Assembly: GCA_013265495.1 (NCBI GenBank)
Contig: MU058054.1
Coordinates: forward strand, 310,001 to 374,000
Source of the DNA: Vicugna vicugna
Lineage: Eukaryota
DNA: 64,000 nt
Direction: 5' to 3'
Shown here: piece after piece, positions 39,449 through 53,610 of the stretch
Layout of the letters: every line of letters starts with the position of its first letter
How positions within the stretch are numbered: the stretch's first letter is position 1
Notes under the pieces: generated by a model
Database searches by the model: none
What the model was told of the DNA's origin: nothing
The model's input: only the letters and a program-made list of their open reading frames with translations
Position numbers and translations under genes: made by a program

Positions 39449-41884
39449 TATTTTTTTCAAGAACATAGATAATTCCTCCCTGGCCAAAACATTCTTAGCA
39501 AGACGTACCTAATTCAACAGGAAGAGTTACTTGTAAAGGAACAAACACCTAGATATCCGTTTTTGACATCAAAGAGAATGCTTTTCACAAATTTCCAGCA
39601 GTCATGGGCATTACAAACTCTCTGAGGAAAACATGCAGCAAACATTCTAAGTGACAACGTTTCAAAATGAATTCAGGAATGGACTGTGAGACATTGTTCC
39701 CAGGAACATGAGCTGTGTGAACTAAATGAATTGATGGCAGAAAATGTCCTCGTGAACCCAGACCTTGGAAAAAGTCTTCGTCTTGCCCTGTTCTGTGGGT
39801 TAAAAGCATAGATGAAGACAACTTAAAAGTGTACTTTTTTAATGCTTGCTCTTGACTACAAGAATAGGAGAAACAGCAATATCAAAGACTGTTTTATGAT
39901 CTTAGAACCATACTGTTTTGCCCAGGTTTTTAAAAAGAGACATTGTTACTGGGTTTTATTACATAGTTTTGATAGCGATATATTATATGAAATCAACTTT
40001 ATAAATTTTGTATTAAGGTAGCAGTGCCAGTACCTGAAATTGATTCAAAATGCTTCAGATACTCAATTACTTTTTAACACTGTTACACAATGCAGTGACT
40101 TTTATCTTCTGTATCACAAGAATTTGATGATGCAACATCATTGTAATTGATTCATTTTCTCAATTAAATAAAGCTACTGTGCTTTCCTTTATATGAATGC
40201 CACGTAGACCAGAGTTAGATGTATTATCGCCTTTCTCTGGCTCAGATATATTGCCTTAAAGGCTATATTCTGTTCCTCTGTTAATTCCACCAGAAAATTT
40301 AAGGCCACGGTCATATTTTTCCAATTCTGAACTGCTATGTACTCGGCTGTATTTATATTAGGCATATTTTTCACTGCTAAACTCTTTGTTGCTTACTTTC
40401 TTCAAGATCACATTACTGTACGGGCGCAGAAACCATAAAGCAGATCCAAACAAAGTCGACCTCCAGTCACTGCCTCTGCTTTTGCACACAGTTCATGAAA
40501 AAGTGAAGCCCCTAGTTTTATAGCACATTAAAAGCGGTACTAAGGGTGCTCAATATAAAATGTTGGCTTCGCGAATGCCTCTCTTTATTCTGGGTCTGCC
40601 TTCCAGAAGCTTGGCTGTGAGAGCAGAGTTCAGAGGAACACAATAATATTGTTAGGGCTGATGTACTGCCTGAACCTCGCAACATATGAGATGCTGTTTA
40701 TAACGAACATGTCCAAGTCCACCCTCCTGCTTCTACGTCCCGCTTGTGTTGAGTTTTCTATGTCTAACTGACACCTGGGGACACAGCACAGACCAATAAT
40801 CGCTCCAGTCATATGCTCTGCTCATCAGTCTCTAGAATCAGAACCAGCAGCATTTTGAAACACTCCTTAAATAACCTCTCCCTCTTCTGGGCATAGCTTC
40901 TTTTTCCTTCCATCAGCTGTGAGATCCAAGATTTTAAGCCACATTAACAGGGGACAGTTATACCTCATGCTAATGTAAGGCAGACCCTTGTATGTTTAAA
41001 CCAGGAAGAAAGTCTTCACAACGGGCAGACCTAAATCATCAGCAAGGTCTTAGGGTATTACTGCGGTAACATTTACCACGTATTTCCTTGCAAGGACCAT
41101 ACAGTTGGCAATTAGAAAAGCTCCTATAATAAGACCCGTGACTTTGGAAAGTGATCCTGCAAAGGCAACTGTCAATGTCAAATTTGGCTTATGGGGCCTC
41201 GACGATTTAGTCAATGACCCTGGTGAGAAAAAGCGACTTTGGAAGGCTCCTATCACACTTCTGTGTCTGCAGAGGTACATTTGACGCACACAGTGCTAAA
41301 ACAGACCTTGCTGCCAGCCCTTTTACATTATATTCAGAAGCACAATCAGAAAACGAAAATGAATCCACCTGTGCAACTTAGGGAAGTCACCGGCTACAGC
41401 CTTCATCTTCTCTTTTACTCTCTGAAATGATGGCTTGCCCTGCAGCTCTTGTCTGAGAGATTTATGTGTGACCTGGGTCAGATCTTCCAATATCAGTTGA
41501 CAAATTTTCTCTTTACATATTTACTGCTTCCCAAGCTTGTGTTATTTTCTCTTCCACAGAAAAAAAGAAATATAAAATTAAATCATAAGGTTGGAATTTT
41601 AAAAGAATATCGCTTTTATTTGCTGTGCTACTGGCATCGCATTCTAGCTTTCAGTGTTGAACTCTATTTTCCTTTTAAACCTCAAATTTTAGGAACTATA
41701 GCTATTTGGCAGGGATTCTCTTTTCAAATCAGATGCATTAAGCTGTAACTCTGCCTAGATACAAGCAGGGATTATGGCAGACTGAGATTTTATATTCTAA
41801 ATGAAGAATAATGACCTAAATTTTTTTTGTTGTTTTTTAAGTGGATGGGACCTCCAAGATCTAGTTTAATCTAGTCATCTGGCT

Positions 41885-42120
41885 GTTAGGGAAACTGAGG
41901 CTCAGAGGGGAGCAGTGCCCCAGAGAGAACCCGGCTTAGAACTGACTGCTGGCGAGGGAGCTGCCTAGTGTGGGCGAAAATGCATCAACTTTGGAGTTGG
42001 AAAGATCCTTGGGATTCCAGCTCCCTCCCCCGTGGCTTCAGAAGCTCCCTCCCCTCACCAGGTTTATGGCTCTTGTCTACAAAGTGAAGGATGAGCTAGA
42101 GGGGCTCAAATGTCCCTCTA
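41885..42120. mobile_element. MIR-like fragments
   Basis: 'gggaaactgaggctcagagggg' and 'actttggagttggaaagatccttgggattccagctcc'. Confidence 0.6.
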
Positions 42121-44089
42121 ACCCCTGCTCGCCGCCAACCCCCGCAGAGCTGCCCCTTCAGCCCCCATGACTTTCCTCCTACCTGAGGGGGACCTGCCAC
42201 GGGCATTCAATCTGACTGTATCTGGCACTGTGCTAGAATTCAGGGTGGTACCTTCTCTACTCCATCATAACTTGTAAAATCAAAGTGCCCAAATCTCAAA
42301 AAGCCCTCAGTGAGAGAGAGAGAGAGAAAAAATCACTTCCACATGACCGCAAACTGAATACACACTGCTTAGTCCCACTAACTTGAGTTCCCAAACAAAG
42401 GACTGGTTTTTGTTTGTTTGTTTTCGAAAAGGAACAGAACAAAATTTACCGTGGCTAACTACAAATGGGGATCTTGGCAAACTGATGTTATTAGACAGGA
42501 ATGCATCATGAGACAAGATAAATGAATAATATATGTTATTTCTAAGAATACAAAATGGAAAAGTGTAATTTGCTCGTGCCATCCTGTCTCCCCTGCTCAT
42601 CAGCCTCTGTCCTCTGTTCAAGTTCCTAACATGCCTGAGTCTATTAGCAAAGCTTGTATAGAACAAAACAAAACCAAAAGCAAGTCACAGGAGGATTTTG
42701 TAAGGGGCGACTCAGTAAGGCACAAGAAAGCCGCTATGATTCCCACAAGCTAAGATCCACTCACTGGCCCCTTCTCTCCGCCCCACATCTCAGACTCCAG
42801 CCAGGGTGTTGCATTCAGGAGTGACCAGTTCTGAGAATTGAAAACAGCCATCCTGGAATTTAACAAACAGCTGGGTGGGATGAAAGGCTCTTATAAGATG
42901 CCTAGAGGAGGGCACAGCTCAGATGGGACCGGACAGAAAATCATCACAGCCATAAATTAGATCACTTGGCTCTTACTGCTTCCTGAGTACCAAGGACGGT
43001 GCATTTTCGCACAAGACACAACGGCTGGCGCATCCAGGTATAGGATTAACATTATTCATTCACTGGGTCTGCCAGTCAGCGAGCAGGAAAGAAAAGGGCC
43101 CGACTGCCAGGCTATGCCCTTTTATCCTTGTGTATTTAAAACTGACACAACTCATGTCCTCCTCCACACAGGTGTGTGTACAGCCGCCAGAGTAAATAAT
43201 CCCCTGGGCAAACAAATGAGTCTTAATATTTAGACCTGAATTTTGTGAGAAAAGCTGGGGCTTCGAATTGCAATTCAAAATGACCAATGTGACTCACAAA
43301 ATTAACCTCTTCCCTAACGGTACAAGGTCCGGCCAAGGAGTCCATTAGGTTCATTAGCCTTTCAGAAAGGATTTTAGTCTTTTGCCGTATCAAACTTTTC
43401 TCTCTTCTTTGCTCCAAAAAAGTGTGGTCTTTTTTTTTTTCAGAATCTAGCTTTTCTGTTCTGTGTGTAGAGATTCTGTGTGTAGAGGAGGGGTGGGGGT
43501 GGGGAGGGAGGGGTGTTGGTTTTTCTGAGAAAGGCCTGTTGCCCATTCTACTCCTTATTGTCAAATAAACCTGCTACGGCAAAAGTCATCTTAGTGTGTC
43601 AGAATGCCTGAGAGGGCTTTCCTGGAGCCATCATTTAGTTTGCATCTCTACTGGTTGAAACCCTCCCCATGCCACAGATCCAGAACGGTGTTAGTCACCT
43701 GTTTCAGTTCCTTGTTCCGTGTAGGAATTTGCTTTACACTATTCCTGGCAGACAGGTATCCTGTCTTTGCTGAAGACTTCCAGCGATGGGATTCCAATGA
43801 CTCGATCTTGCACAGCTTCAACTGTTAGGACGTTCCTTCTTATTTTGAGCTCAAATATGTCTTCCTATAAGATGTGCCCATGGCCTGGAGCTGCAGTGAT
43901 TAAGTCTACTGACAGCTTTTCGCGTATCTGAAGACAGCTGTCGTGTCTCCACAACGTCTTCTTTCCGGAACGAACATCCTATTTCCTTCCCAGGATCACG
44001 TGCTGTGTTTGGTTGCCCTCCATCCTTCTCCCTTCCGTTAGTAGCGGCACTCTAACAACACTCCCCTGGCCCTAAGCAGCCACGTGCTT

Positions 44090-44490
44090 CATGGGAAGAT
44101 GGCTGCACCTTCAGCTTTAGGGGTGGGGCACGTGGTTCAGGCTTCAACTAGCCAGCATCATCTGAACGCCCTGGGTGCGGGGAGTTAAACTGGTCCAATC
44201 AAACGGAAGCCTAGGGCCTCTGGCTGCCTGCGGGGAAAAGAGATCTGCCCTTCCCTTCTAAACCGGGAAGGTAAACCTCCAGGTGAGGTGACCTTCGGAG
44301 CAGACAGGTCACCCCCAGGACCCCCAAGAGCCACTCTTGCTCTGTGAAGAGAGAAGCCTATTAAGAATGAAGCCCAAAATGATCTGCTGGATAAAGATCT
44401 TCCTAACACCAGCAATACTTAACCTTTTGGTCATGCAAGTCAATCAGCTCCCCTTGTGAGGCGGGCTTTCTGTTACCTGAACCAGAAAGC
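44090..44490. mobile_element. Possible ancient ERVL-type solo LTR (LTR16/LTR33-like)
   Basis: 'ggggcacgtggttcagg', 'tggtccaatca' and a terminal 'tttctgttacctgaaccagaaag' resemble ERVL LTR landmarks. Very diverged. Confidence 0.4.
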
Positions 44491-46243
44491 TCCCAGGACT
44501 GACTTCATTCTCCTCCTCACCTGTCTCTGGACGTGGTGCCATATGTGTCCATTCCCCATCAAGTCTGACACCCACACCTGAACACAGACCTCAGACTCGC
44601 TCAGATCACCTTGTTCTGGACACTATACACTGTTTAGTAGAATCTCATGGAGGCTGCATGCGCATTCTCATTTTTGAGAGCCATATTACGCAGCTGGCTC
44701 AACACAGAGAAACAGAGATGTACACAAGTCTTGGGCTGAAAAAGAACTACATCTTTCCTGTACACTTCTATTTCTTATGTGTTTCATGTTGACGGTATTT
44801 GAGAGTCGGAAAAAAAAAAAAAGAGCGGATGATTAAATCAATCACAGAATCTAGACGAGTCTGATGAAGTTTCTATCTGTTGTCCCCCCTCCGCCGCCCC
44901 CTGTAACTGACAGACACTGCATCAGCTTTTTATTAGTTTGCCTGAGGGGGGAGGCCTGCCCAGCACTGAAGTAGCCTCATAGACTCCTGGTGTCTGAAAG
45001 GATTGGAAAGGTTTTTACACCTGACCTAGCTTTCCACTCCTGTCTGACCTCTGAATTCCTCCTTCATTTACACCCCTGCTGACCAGGCTTCTGTCTAAAG
45101 CTTTACAATGAAGGGGAGCTTGGGTCTTCTGTCCATTCTACTTCCTGTTCCAGTCCTAACCTCCCCACAGTACAAATCCACATTTTTTTTTTTTTTGCAG
45201 AGAATCCTCAAATATGTGAAGACAACTATCAAATTTCCTTGGAAGCTTGAATTCCTCAAGTATTAATGCTGGCAGGGTAGAGTGGAAGCATCAACATGGA
45301 AGGAAAGAAAGGGGACAAAATTATTCATGTAAAGCCTAAGGAAGTGTATTGATTCTTAGTTTCTTTTGTTTCTAAAATGTGCTGTGCCAACATCAAAACA
45401 ATGAAACTAGACTCAATGATTAACTCATCAATTCTTATATGTTTAGGAAGTACTTACTCTATGCCAGGCACTGTTCTAGACTCCAGAACCCAGATGATGG
45501 ATACGATATACTCACTGGTCCACAAAAACGAAGTGACTTTTTAAATTTCCTGATTTTAGTGGCAGAGCTGAGACTTAAACACAGGACTTACACTCGCCTC
45601 TAAATGCCACTGAATATTTGGACAAAATACTATTCACTGGATTCAGGGTGCTGTAAATTTCTAAGACAGCCCCCTACTCCCCCCCCCAAAAGTGATGTTT
45701 TTAGGTACTGCAAGGAAGGTTTTCTTTATGAGCTAAGCCTCCACATAGAGCTGCCTTTTTTTTTTTTTAAACCATGATATGGCCGATAGCTGACAACATT
45801 GTTTGGCCTGCTGAGATTTTGAGATAAACTACAACTGCGGCCAATACATGGTTTGCACGGGATTAGGAAGGAGAGAATCTTGAAATAGAATTACATAGAA
45901 CTGTGTTAATTAACACATGCCTTACTGGCTTGACTGTAAATTTAAAACAGATTTAAAGAAAAGAAGTCATGGATCTAGAATGAACTGAACAAAGTTTGAC
46001 TTCTGTTCAGTTTTGGTTCACACCTCCTATTTTGACATAGGTAAAATACGGTTTTAATAGACTCTAAGAGAGGACTAGGGGAGATGACGAGAAAGGTGGC
46101 TGGGAGTGTGGAAAAGAGGAGGAAATTGCTCACAGAAGATGAGAAGAGACCACAGAAGTATCTGGTCCAGCATTTTTCACTCTGTTTACCAAATAACTCC
46201 TAGTTCATACAAGATACTACTTAGACACATTTCAAAAATTAAC

Positions 46244-46247
<4 letters not shown>

Positions 46248-46275
<28 letters not shown>
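46248..46275. repeat. (TG)14 microsatellite
   Basis: Seen directly. Confidence 0.95.
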
Positions 46276-46354
46276 CATTCCTGTGTGCATGTGTCCGGGA
46301 GTGGATCCCCCCTCACTCTGCATATGATTCTGCAAATCACTGACCTAGACCACC

Positions 46355-46435
46355 TCCATCATTTTCCAGATGAGGAAACTGAGATCTGAAAAGGTCAAAC
46401 CACTACTAGGAGCAGCCAGGACCAGAACTCAGACT
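46355..46435 (-). mobile_element. MIR fragment
   Basis: 'cattttccagatgaggaaactgagatctgaaaaggtcaa'. Confidence 0.7.
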
Positions 46436-48639
46436 AGCTATGTGGGGGGGGGGCTGGGCAGAAACTATATACTGACAATGATTTAATGTGTCACTTGCTG
46501 GGTGAGTGTGTCACTTGCTGCCCTCCTCCCTGTCGCTTCTGCCCTGAGTCACTGAGCATTTCCCGCTGCCTGGCTACTAAGGAAGCAAAGGGTTGTCCAA
46601 AGAGCAGGGGCTGGAGGGAGGCTGTTAGCTGGGAATTTACGGTATTTTACCAAACTAGAGCCAGGACTAGAGTCGAGGTCTCCTCGTGCCCAGAGCGGTG
46701 CTCTCTGAAACCCGTTTCTGAACAGAAAACAAGATAAGCTCCATTACCCGACTTGCTCTTTCTTTCTTCCTCTGAGCTCCCTTTCCCATAAGACCGTGCT
46801 ATCCCCCAGCTTTCCTCTCCTTCTCCCCATGGCAGTCACCACCTACAGACCCGGACAGTGCACCCATCACAAAGTCCACAACTGGTTCTAACTGGTTGGC
46901 TCAGTCTCCCACAATTCCTTGGGGATGACAGCTTGATTCTGTGCAGAAACAGATGAACGGCCTCCTTTCTTAGCTCCTCATGGTCTCTGGGACCCTCTTT
47001 CCACCTGGTGTGTCCTGGGCAATCTCCAGTCCTAAATCGAATCAGCTCTTTGCTTCTTTTAGGCAACTCATTGATTTTTCAATGAACTTAGCTTGTCTGT
47101 TTTATTGGCACTAAAGAGGGTTGGGTTCTTAGCATCATTAACATTTTAGTTGAAGAAGAATTCCCAAACCCCCTAAGCATTAATCCAGAACTGTTAAACA
47201 TCTAAAAAGTACTCTGTACTCAAACAAAGCTTGGCCAGGTCTGCCCCTTTCAAACTTGGATGCCAATGAGCCCCTAGCCCCAAATCTACCCACGTTTTCT
47301 ATACTGAACGGTGATAAGCAAAACACTGGAGCACAATAAAAGCTGATGTCTTTGTCTGTTGCTGCTGCTACTACTGCTGCTGGGGACCACTTCCCCCCCA
47401 GGGGTCCATATCCATCAGCAATTACCTGGCAGGCACGGAGCATCCTGGGACAGTAATTTCCATCTCCGCAGACACACCAGTTGGAGGCAGTGCTTGAGTG
47501 GATGGGTGTGTAAGCTAAGGAGAGCTGCTTGGGCTCAAAGCCTCTGGGGGCCTTATCTCACTTTCTCCCCCTGCCCCACCCCCTAGACGGGGAGACAGTC
47601 TGACCCTGTTGCCAAATATGCGGTAATTGTCAGTGAGTCATTAAATGGCTATGGGCCCCCATTTCCCCCTCTAAGAAAATAAAGGAGTTGGACCAGACCA
47701 CTGTCTTCATATCCTGAAACCCTATGATTCCATGCAGTAGCAGACAGTGCCAACGAAACCACCTGGGCACAAATGGAAGGCCTCCCCGACCACAGAGTCC
47801 GAGAGGGAAAGAAGACAGCAAAGTTGCCCCTGAAAGCCAAGCTGGGCACCAAGTTCATTACTTCAAACTTCAATTCTATTTCTGGGCTCACCTGATCACT
47901 TAAAAATTATGAAAGAATCATGGTCCCCAGTTACTGGATTAAAAAAGACTAGATTTTGTATATTATTAGTGATTGTGATTGCGAATGATGTATTACAACT
48001 CAAAAAAGAAAGACTGTAAAGGAAGGCTCTTATGGGATCAGAAAAGTAATTCATTTTAGTCCTACCTGGTGTGAGACATGGTCATATATTTTCAGAGTTA
48101 CATAGGTAAATCCCCAACGTACTTTCTGGAAATATAAGTTACACTAATATTGCCTCTCTCTTGTTTACCACCTCGTATTGTTCAAAGTGCTCTCTTAGGT
48201 ATTCGTTCATTTGATCATGACAACCCCACACACGCTGGCAAGTCCAGGAAATGTCCTATGATGTGCCACATCAAATTCATAAAGGGTGGCAGGGAACCCC
48301 TCAGAGGCACGTCTCAACTGACCTTAGCGGCAGGAATCTTAAAATGCAATGATTTCCAACCTCAGACTGGCTCTCAGTCATCTCAGAGGGATTCATGAAA
48401 TTCTCAAGCCCAATTTCATTATCTGCTCTCTGCTATACTTGCCTGATACACCACCTCTCTCCTCTATCGTTCTTCCCTCCCCTTCCTGCCGTCCCTTCTA
48501 GTGTTGCTTTAAAAGTCACGAAATTCCCAAACTGGGAGGGAGATGAAAGTAACACTCAGTCCGAACCTACTGAGCAGAAGTACAGCAAGGATGCCAAATG
48601 CAACGTGTTGCTTCAGACCTTTAGCTTTTACCGAGGAGT

Positions 48640-48935
48640 CTCCTTTTGACTAGAATGCCTGGAAAGTTCTTTTCCATCCTTCTCGCCTCAGAGCCTCAGC
48701 TCAAGCATCATCTACTCTGTGAACCCACGGCTTCCTAAAGGGAGCTGACCTCTTAATCTCGAGGTCAGAGCATACCACCTCCTGTAGGGGTCTTTTTACA
48801 TCAGCTGCCATTGGTCTGTTTGATGTTTCTCTTCCCACTGGACTCTGAGAGCAGGGACCACATCTGTTTCATTTCTCTGCTCCCAGAGCTTAGCACAGTG
48901 CCGGGACAGAGTAGATACGCAATGACAAGTACACG
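48640..48935 (+). mobile_element. LINE-2 3' fragment
   Basis: 'ctcagctcaagcatcatctactctgtgaa...tgagagcagggaccacatctgtttc...cccagagcttagcacagtgccgggaca'. Confidence 0.65.
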
Positions 48936-51900
48936 AAGAATTAAATTGAGATCTATGTCCTACAATAGTCTAGAAGGTACTATAAAATCAAACCAACATT
49001 GGGTCAGTGCTCAAACAAAACAAAACAAAACAAAACAGAAAGGGACCACTAACCTAGCCGGCTAACTACATACACCTTAATCAAGGTATTAACAAGTAAT
49101 TTATCTTTCATGGAAAGTTCCACATTTCTAAGCCACCCACAATTTCGGGATGATTTCTCTTCCATTTCTGTACTATTTTAAAGATGTACTGGGAAACCAC
49201 CTCCTGTCTTTGGCATAGGCTAAGCAAAAAAATATTATGAGATCTCTTGATAAGTATGAGATAGACATTGGGAGAAGAACTTGACACAGGCAATTAAAAA
49301 ATTCCTGGGAAGAAGCAAACGTGTATAAGTGAACATCTTCAAATCACTTAAATTTCACCTCAGCATTTTATGGAACATAGAATCTGATTTTATGGCTGGC
49401 AATATCAGTATATTTTAAATGCCTATATCCTAAATAGTGAGGGCAAAAAGAAACAACGAAGTAAAACACGTAGGCTACGTATCTATCTGGGAAAACAAAA
49501 CGAAACGAAACCAAACCACATGCATGTCACTCTTGGACTCTTGCCAATTAAAGGTTAGTACTTGAAGCTGGGGTAATTAACCCACTGCTGTTTTTCTCTT
49601 GGACCAGAGATCTCACACAAAAAAATGGATACTTACAATTTACTAAAATCCTTGATGTTCACATTTCAAAAAGTTCATTCAACAAGGGATAGATTCCAAA
49701 CACCTCTTTTCAAAGCAGGCAAACTTTTTAGGTTTTATTTTGCAAATCTAGGTTGGTCTAGGCATAATCAGTACATTAATACATAAATAAGACAATGTTA
49801 TCTACAGTCTCAATATAACACTGAATATAAAAAAATTAAATGATCAAAATTAGGATTAGTAACAATAAACTCAAAAGGTTTTAAAACATGAATAAAATTA
49901 GAAGTAAAAACTCCAGTACTGTGACATTAATTTTTGAAAAATGTTTAATATTTAAAATAGTTTTAAGAACATACACTTTTACTCTATTAGGAGACAAATA
50001 CTCTATCCAGAGCACAATTTATTACTACAAAATAAATGTATGCTTAAAAGACAGTCTGTCAATTAGAAAAAAAAAAAACTCACACACATTAAAATAGCAG
50101 GTTTCCAAGCCAAGTTAAAATATTTTCTACTTGACAAGATGCTTACACTTAAATGAAAACAGGGCAATTTTGGTCAATAATATGGATTGCATATAATAAA
50201 AAGGACCTTAGATCATGTTAATACAAGGATCAGAAAGCAGTAACTTCAATTAAAGCCACCCAATTATTTAGCAAACTTTCAGATACAGCAAATAAATTAA
50301 TCTGCTTTAAATTAAAGTGCTCAGATAAGTAGCTTTTTGACCTATCAGTAAGTCTTGCTAGCAGCAAACACAGCGAAGTGAGAATCAGCTGAAGCAAGGC
50401 AAAGCCCCCCAATGAAACAAATGGTATTAGTAATCAAAAGGCAATCGCACAACGTATTTCCTCGGTGAGTAGCAGGGGGTTCCGAGCAAACGCCACCTAC
50501 AGCTTCCTTCATACTTTGATATACAGTGTGCGGGGGTGGGGGGAACACACATTTCTCTTAACCATGAACAAGTTGGGGGTGTTTTGCCTTTTAACAACAG
50601 AGTATCTTCATTTCTGTACCATCTTGTGAAAATGCCAGTCATTATACTGCTAAGAGCACACGTCTTTCACTTAAAACCCTCTATTATCCACTTATGTTTA
50701 ACTTGTATTGGGATTTAAGAATGCCTCTTTATTGAGACAAGTAATATGTCATCATTTTGTTCAGCTAACAGGCCTGACAGACCCTGTCTCCTTGAGTTAA
50801 GAACAGTAGATCTCTGTTTCGTGCACTGGTGGCAAAAGCTGCCAGAATAAAGAAGAATTAGCCAATTGATGGTAGAGGCTTTTAATCCCCAAAATCCAGA
50901 CTTTCTTTTTACCTTGGCTTTAATTATTCTGTTTGGCTAGATGATGTTGTATATATATTTTTCAACAAACGTGATTTCTATATATTGTAATAATTTACTT
51001 GAAAGCCATTCTTTTGTATTTTTAACAAATAACACCACTGTTGACTATCGCTCATGTTTTTGATCCTTTTTACTACTTATCATCTTCTTTATTTGAAACA
51101 GATTTTTAACAGATAATCTTGATCGTTACAACAATATCTTGCTTGCATTTTATTCAAATAATTCTTAAAAACAGCTTAAAAAGCCGTTTGGAATAACATC
51201 TAGCTTGCCATCAATCAAACGAAAAAATTCCGCTGGCGGTTGTATAAACATCAGATCAAGTCTGATGTCTTCAAGGATTTCAGAGTGAACCATAAAAAAC
51301 TCCATTAACTTCTGACAAAGAATGCAAATTAATCACAACATGGGGTGAAATGAAATTAAAGGCTCTTTTCTAATCAATGACAAGGCAGGATGAAATATTT
51401 GTTACTCTCTCTGCACTCAGCCTGCCTAGGACGTTTGCACTCCCCTCGCAAAGCCCCAAATGCAAGGCGTGAGTACAGATTCACCCACACTCGGTTGCGC
51501 CCTCGCAAGCCCCCCAGAGCTATCCGCTTACAAGTCGTGGAGATTCGCAAAACACACTAATCATCTGAATCTCAGGTGCATCCAATTTGTTATTCACACT
51601 CTCCCATGCCAGTGAAAAGCCTGGCGCAGACAGATGCACCAGGAACCCTAAATGACAGTTCTGGCCTCCGGAAGTACGATCACTACAGCAAAATCTAGTG
51701 CAGCCTCCAGGTGAAATGTCTGGAGCTCCATATGGAGCGGGGAAAATTAACAACAAGATGAAAATCACTGCCGCAGCGGGGAGTCGGAATTTTTGAAAAA
51801 AAAAATGAAATTTAAAGATGAAGAAAGAGAAGTAATAAATTAATGGGGTGTGAAAACATTCAAAGCTTTACAATACCAGGGGCACTATTTGCTCAGATTC

Positions 51901-53524
51901 CTCCCCCCCTTTTTAACTTCAGGTCATTTTGATGAAATTTATTAAACAAGATCGGGAAATGTAGCCAAAAGAAGAACATTTTATACATGCAAAAGTCCCT
52001 TAAGTACATTTGTATCTATATTATCCTCACTTTCCTGTGGCAGCTTGCTTACCAAATTTCCAAACGCCAGAGCTGGCACATCTCCTGAGAAGTCTCCTTA
52101 ATGGATTTACTATCATCCTAATGCAGGGGCCCTGTTGCAGAGTTTGAATGAAGGATGACAATTTTTAGCAAGCAATCTTTTCCATGTCTCCTAAATTATG
52201 GTGTCATTAAACAAACCATCGCCCACCATCATGTTTTTTAGGTCAAGTGGATTTGGATCTTCATGACTAACTATACACGGTTCCAGTCCTCGTCCGGACC
52301 CGCACATCTTTCCCGATTACTATTAATGCTAAATTGTTCAAGAAATTGAGATAGTATCTGTCTGCCAGATATCATAAAAACAATTTTTCATTACACTGTT
52401 TTACATTGCAGAATATGTTTCATGGGGACCCAGAAAATGGCACCGGGGTCATTGAGAGCTCTGGGGCCTTCCAAACCCCTGTGTCAGTCTGCTAAACACA
52501 TGGTAAGCAAAGCGAAAGGGCTCGAGGGGACGGTCTCATCACCCACCATGGGTGGCACAGCCCTCCGATGTTCAGCCTTCATCATCCACACAAGAGGCCT
52601 CCTGAGGGCCGAGGAGGCAAGCCAGGGGAATGGCTCGGTGGGGCTGAGCGGGTACCAACAGCCAAGCAAATTCACAGTACACGGAGCCCGTCACCTGGTT
52701 TGGCTGCCTACAAGTCCTAGATCTACCTGGGCCCAGGCAGGGCGCCTCATCTCTCTGAGACTCCGTCTGCTCACCTGGAGGCTGGAAATAATCGTCCCCG
52801 CAGGTGGGAGGTATAGCCTGAGTCAGATAACGGAAGGTGCTCTGGAGTTTGACGTCAGAAAGGTGCTGGATGACTCTAAGGCATCACTGTTCTTCCTATT
52901 ATAAGCTGTAGCAATAAGACTGTGCATTTACAGCGGCTCCTAACCTTTCTAATTTTTTTCCATACAGTTCTAAACTGCATGCCAATGAGGCTATGCAACC
53001 TTAAGGCCTAAGGAAAACTAAGACAGTTCTCTCAAACAACAAATGAAAACCCAACTTCCCCAAACAATGAGATTCATGGAGAATGATCATCTCAACAAAA
53101 CTCTAGTCCTTTAACCCTTTATGTTGGCCCCAAGCCACCGACTCTCCCGGACACCTTCCCAACAGCCCCCCCTCTCATCTGCATCCCCACCGGATACACA
53201 CTGTGTCACCGGCGGGAAGAGACGCTGCTAACGACGCTGTCAGCAGCACTGACACTGGGCTGGGGAGGGGACGAGTCTGGAAGCTGGCCTCTCGGCCCCA
53301 CTCCTCCCCCCTGCTCGTCTGACACCCTGCTCCAGCTGCAGCTGGCAGGTTGCTGAGCACGTCCTTTCGCAACCTTCGGGTGACGACTAGAAATTCTGTT
53401 CTGTGCCGCAGCCCAACGTCAGAGCCAGTGGGGCGGCCCTTTGTACTTTCCCAAGTGGTTTTATACCCTAAATCGCATTTTATCTTCATACTTCTAATCA
53501 GATGGGAAAGGAAGGCACCAGGAT

Positions 53525-53610
53525 GTTGTTTTAGAGATGAGGAAACCGGCCTCAAGGAGTTACAAAGCAAGAATTCAGGCCTGCAGTGACAGCGTGTGCT
53601 ACAGCTGCAT
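53525..53610 (-). mobile_element. MIR fragment
   Basis: 'ttttagagatgaggaaaccggcctca...gaattcaggcctgcagtgac'. Confidence 0.55.

Noticed and set aside
44267..44313. Overlapping inverted repeats around gaggtgaccttc
   Set aside because: Short, imperfect and inside a probable old LTR.
46487..46520. 14-bp direct repeat tgtgtcacttgctg with a 6-nt spacer
   Set aside because: Two units only, a local duplication and not an array.
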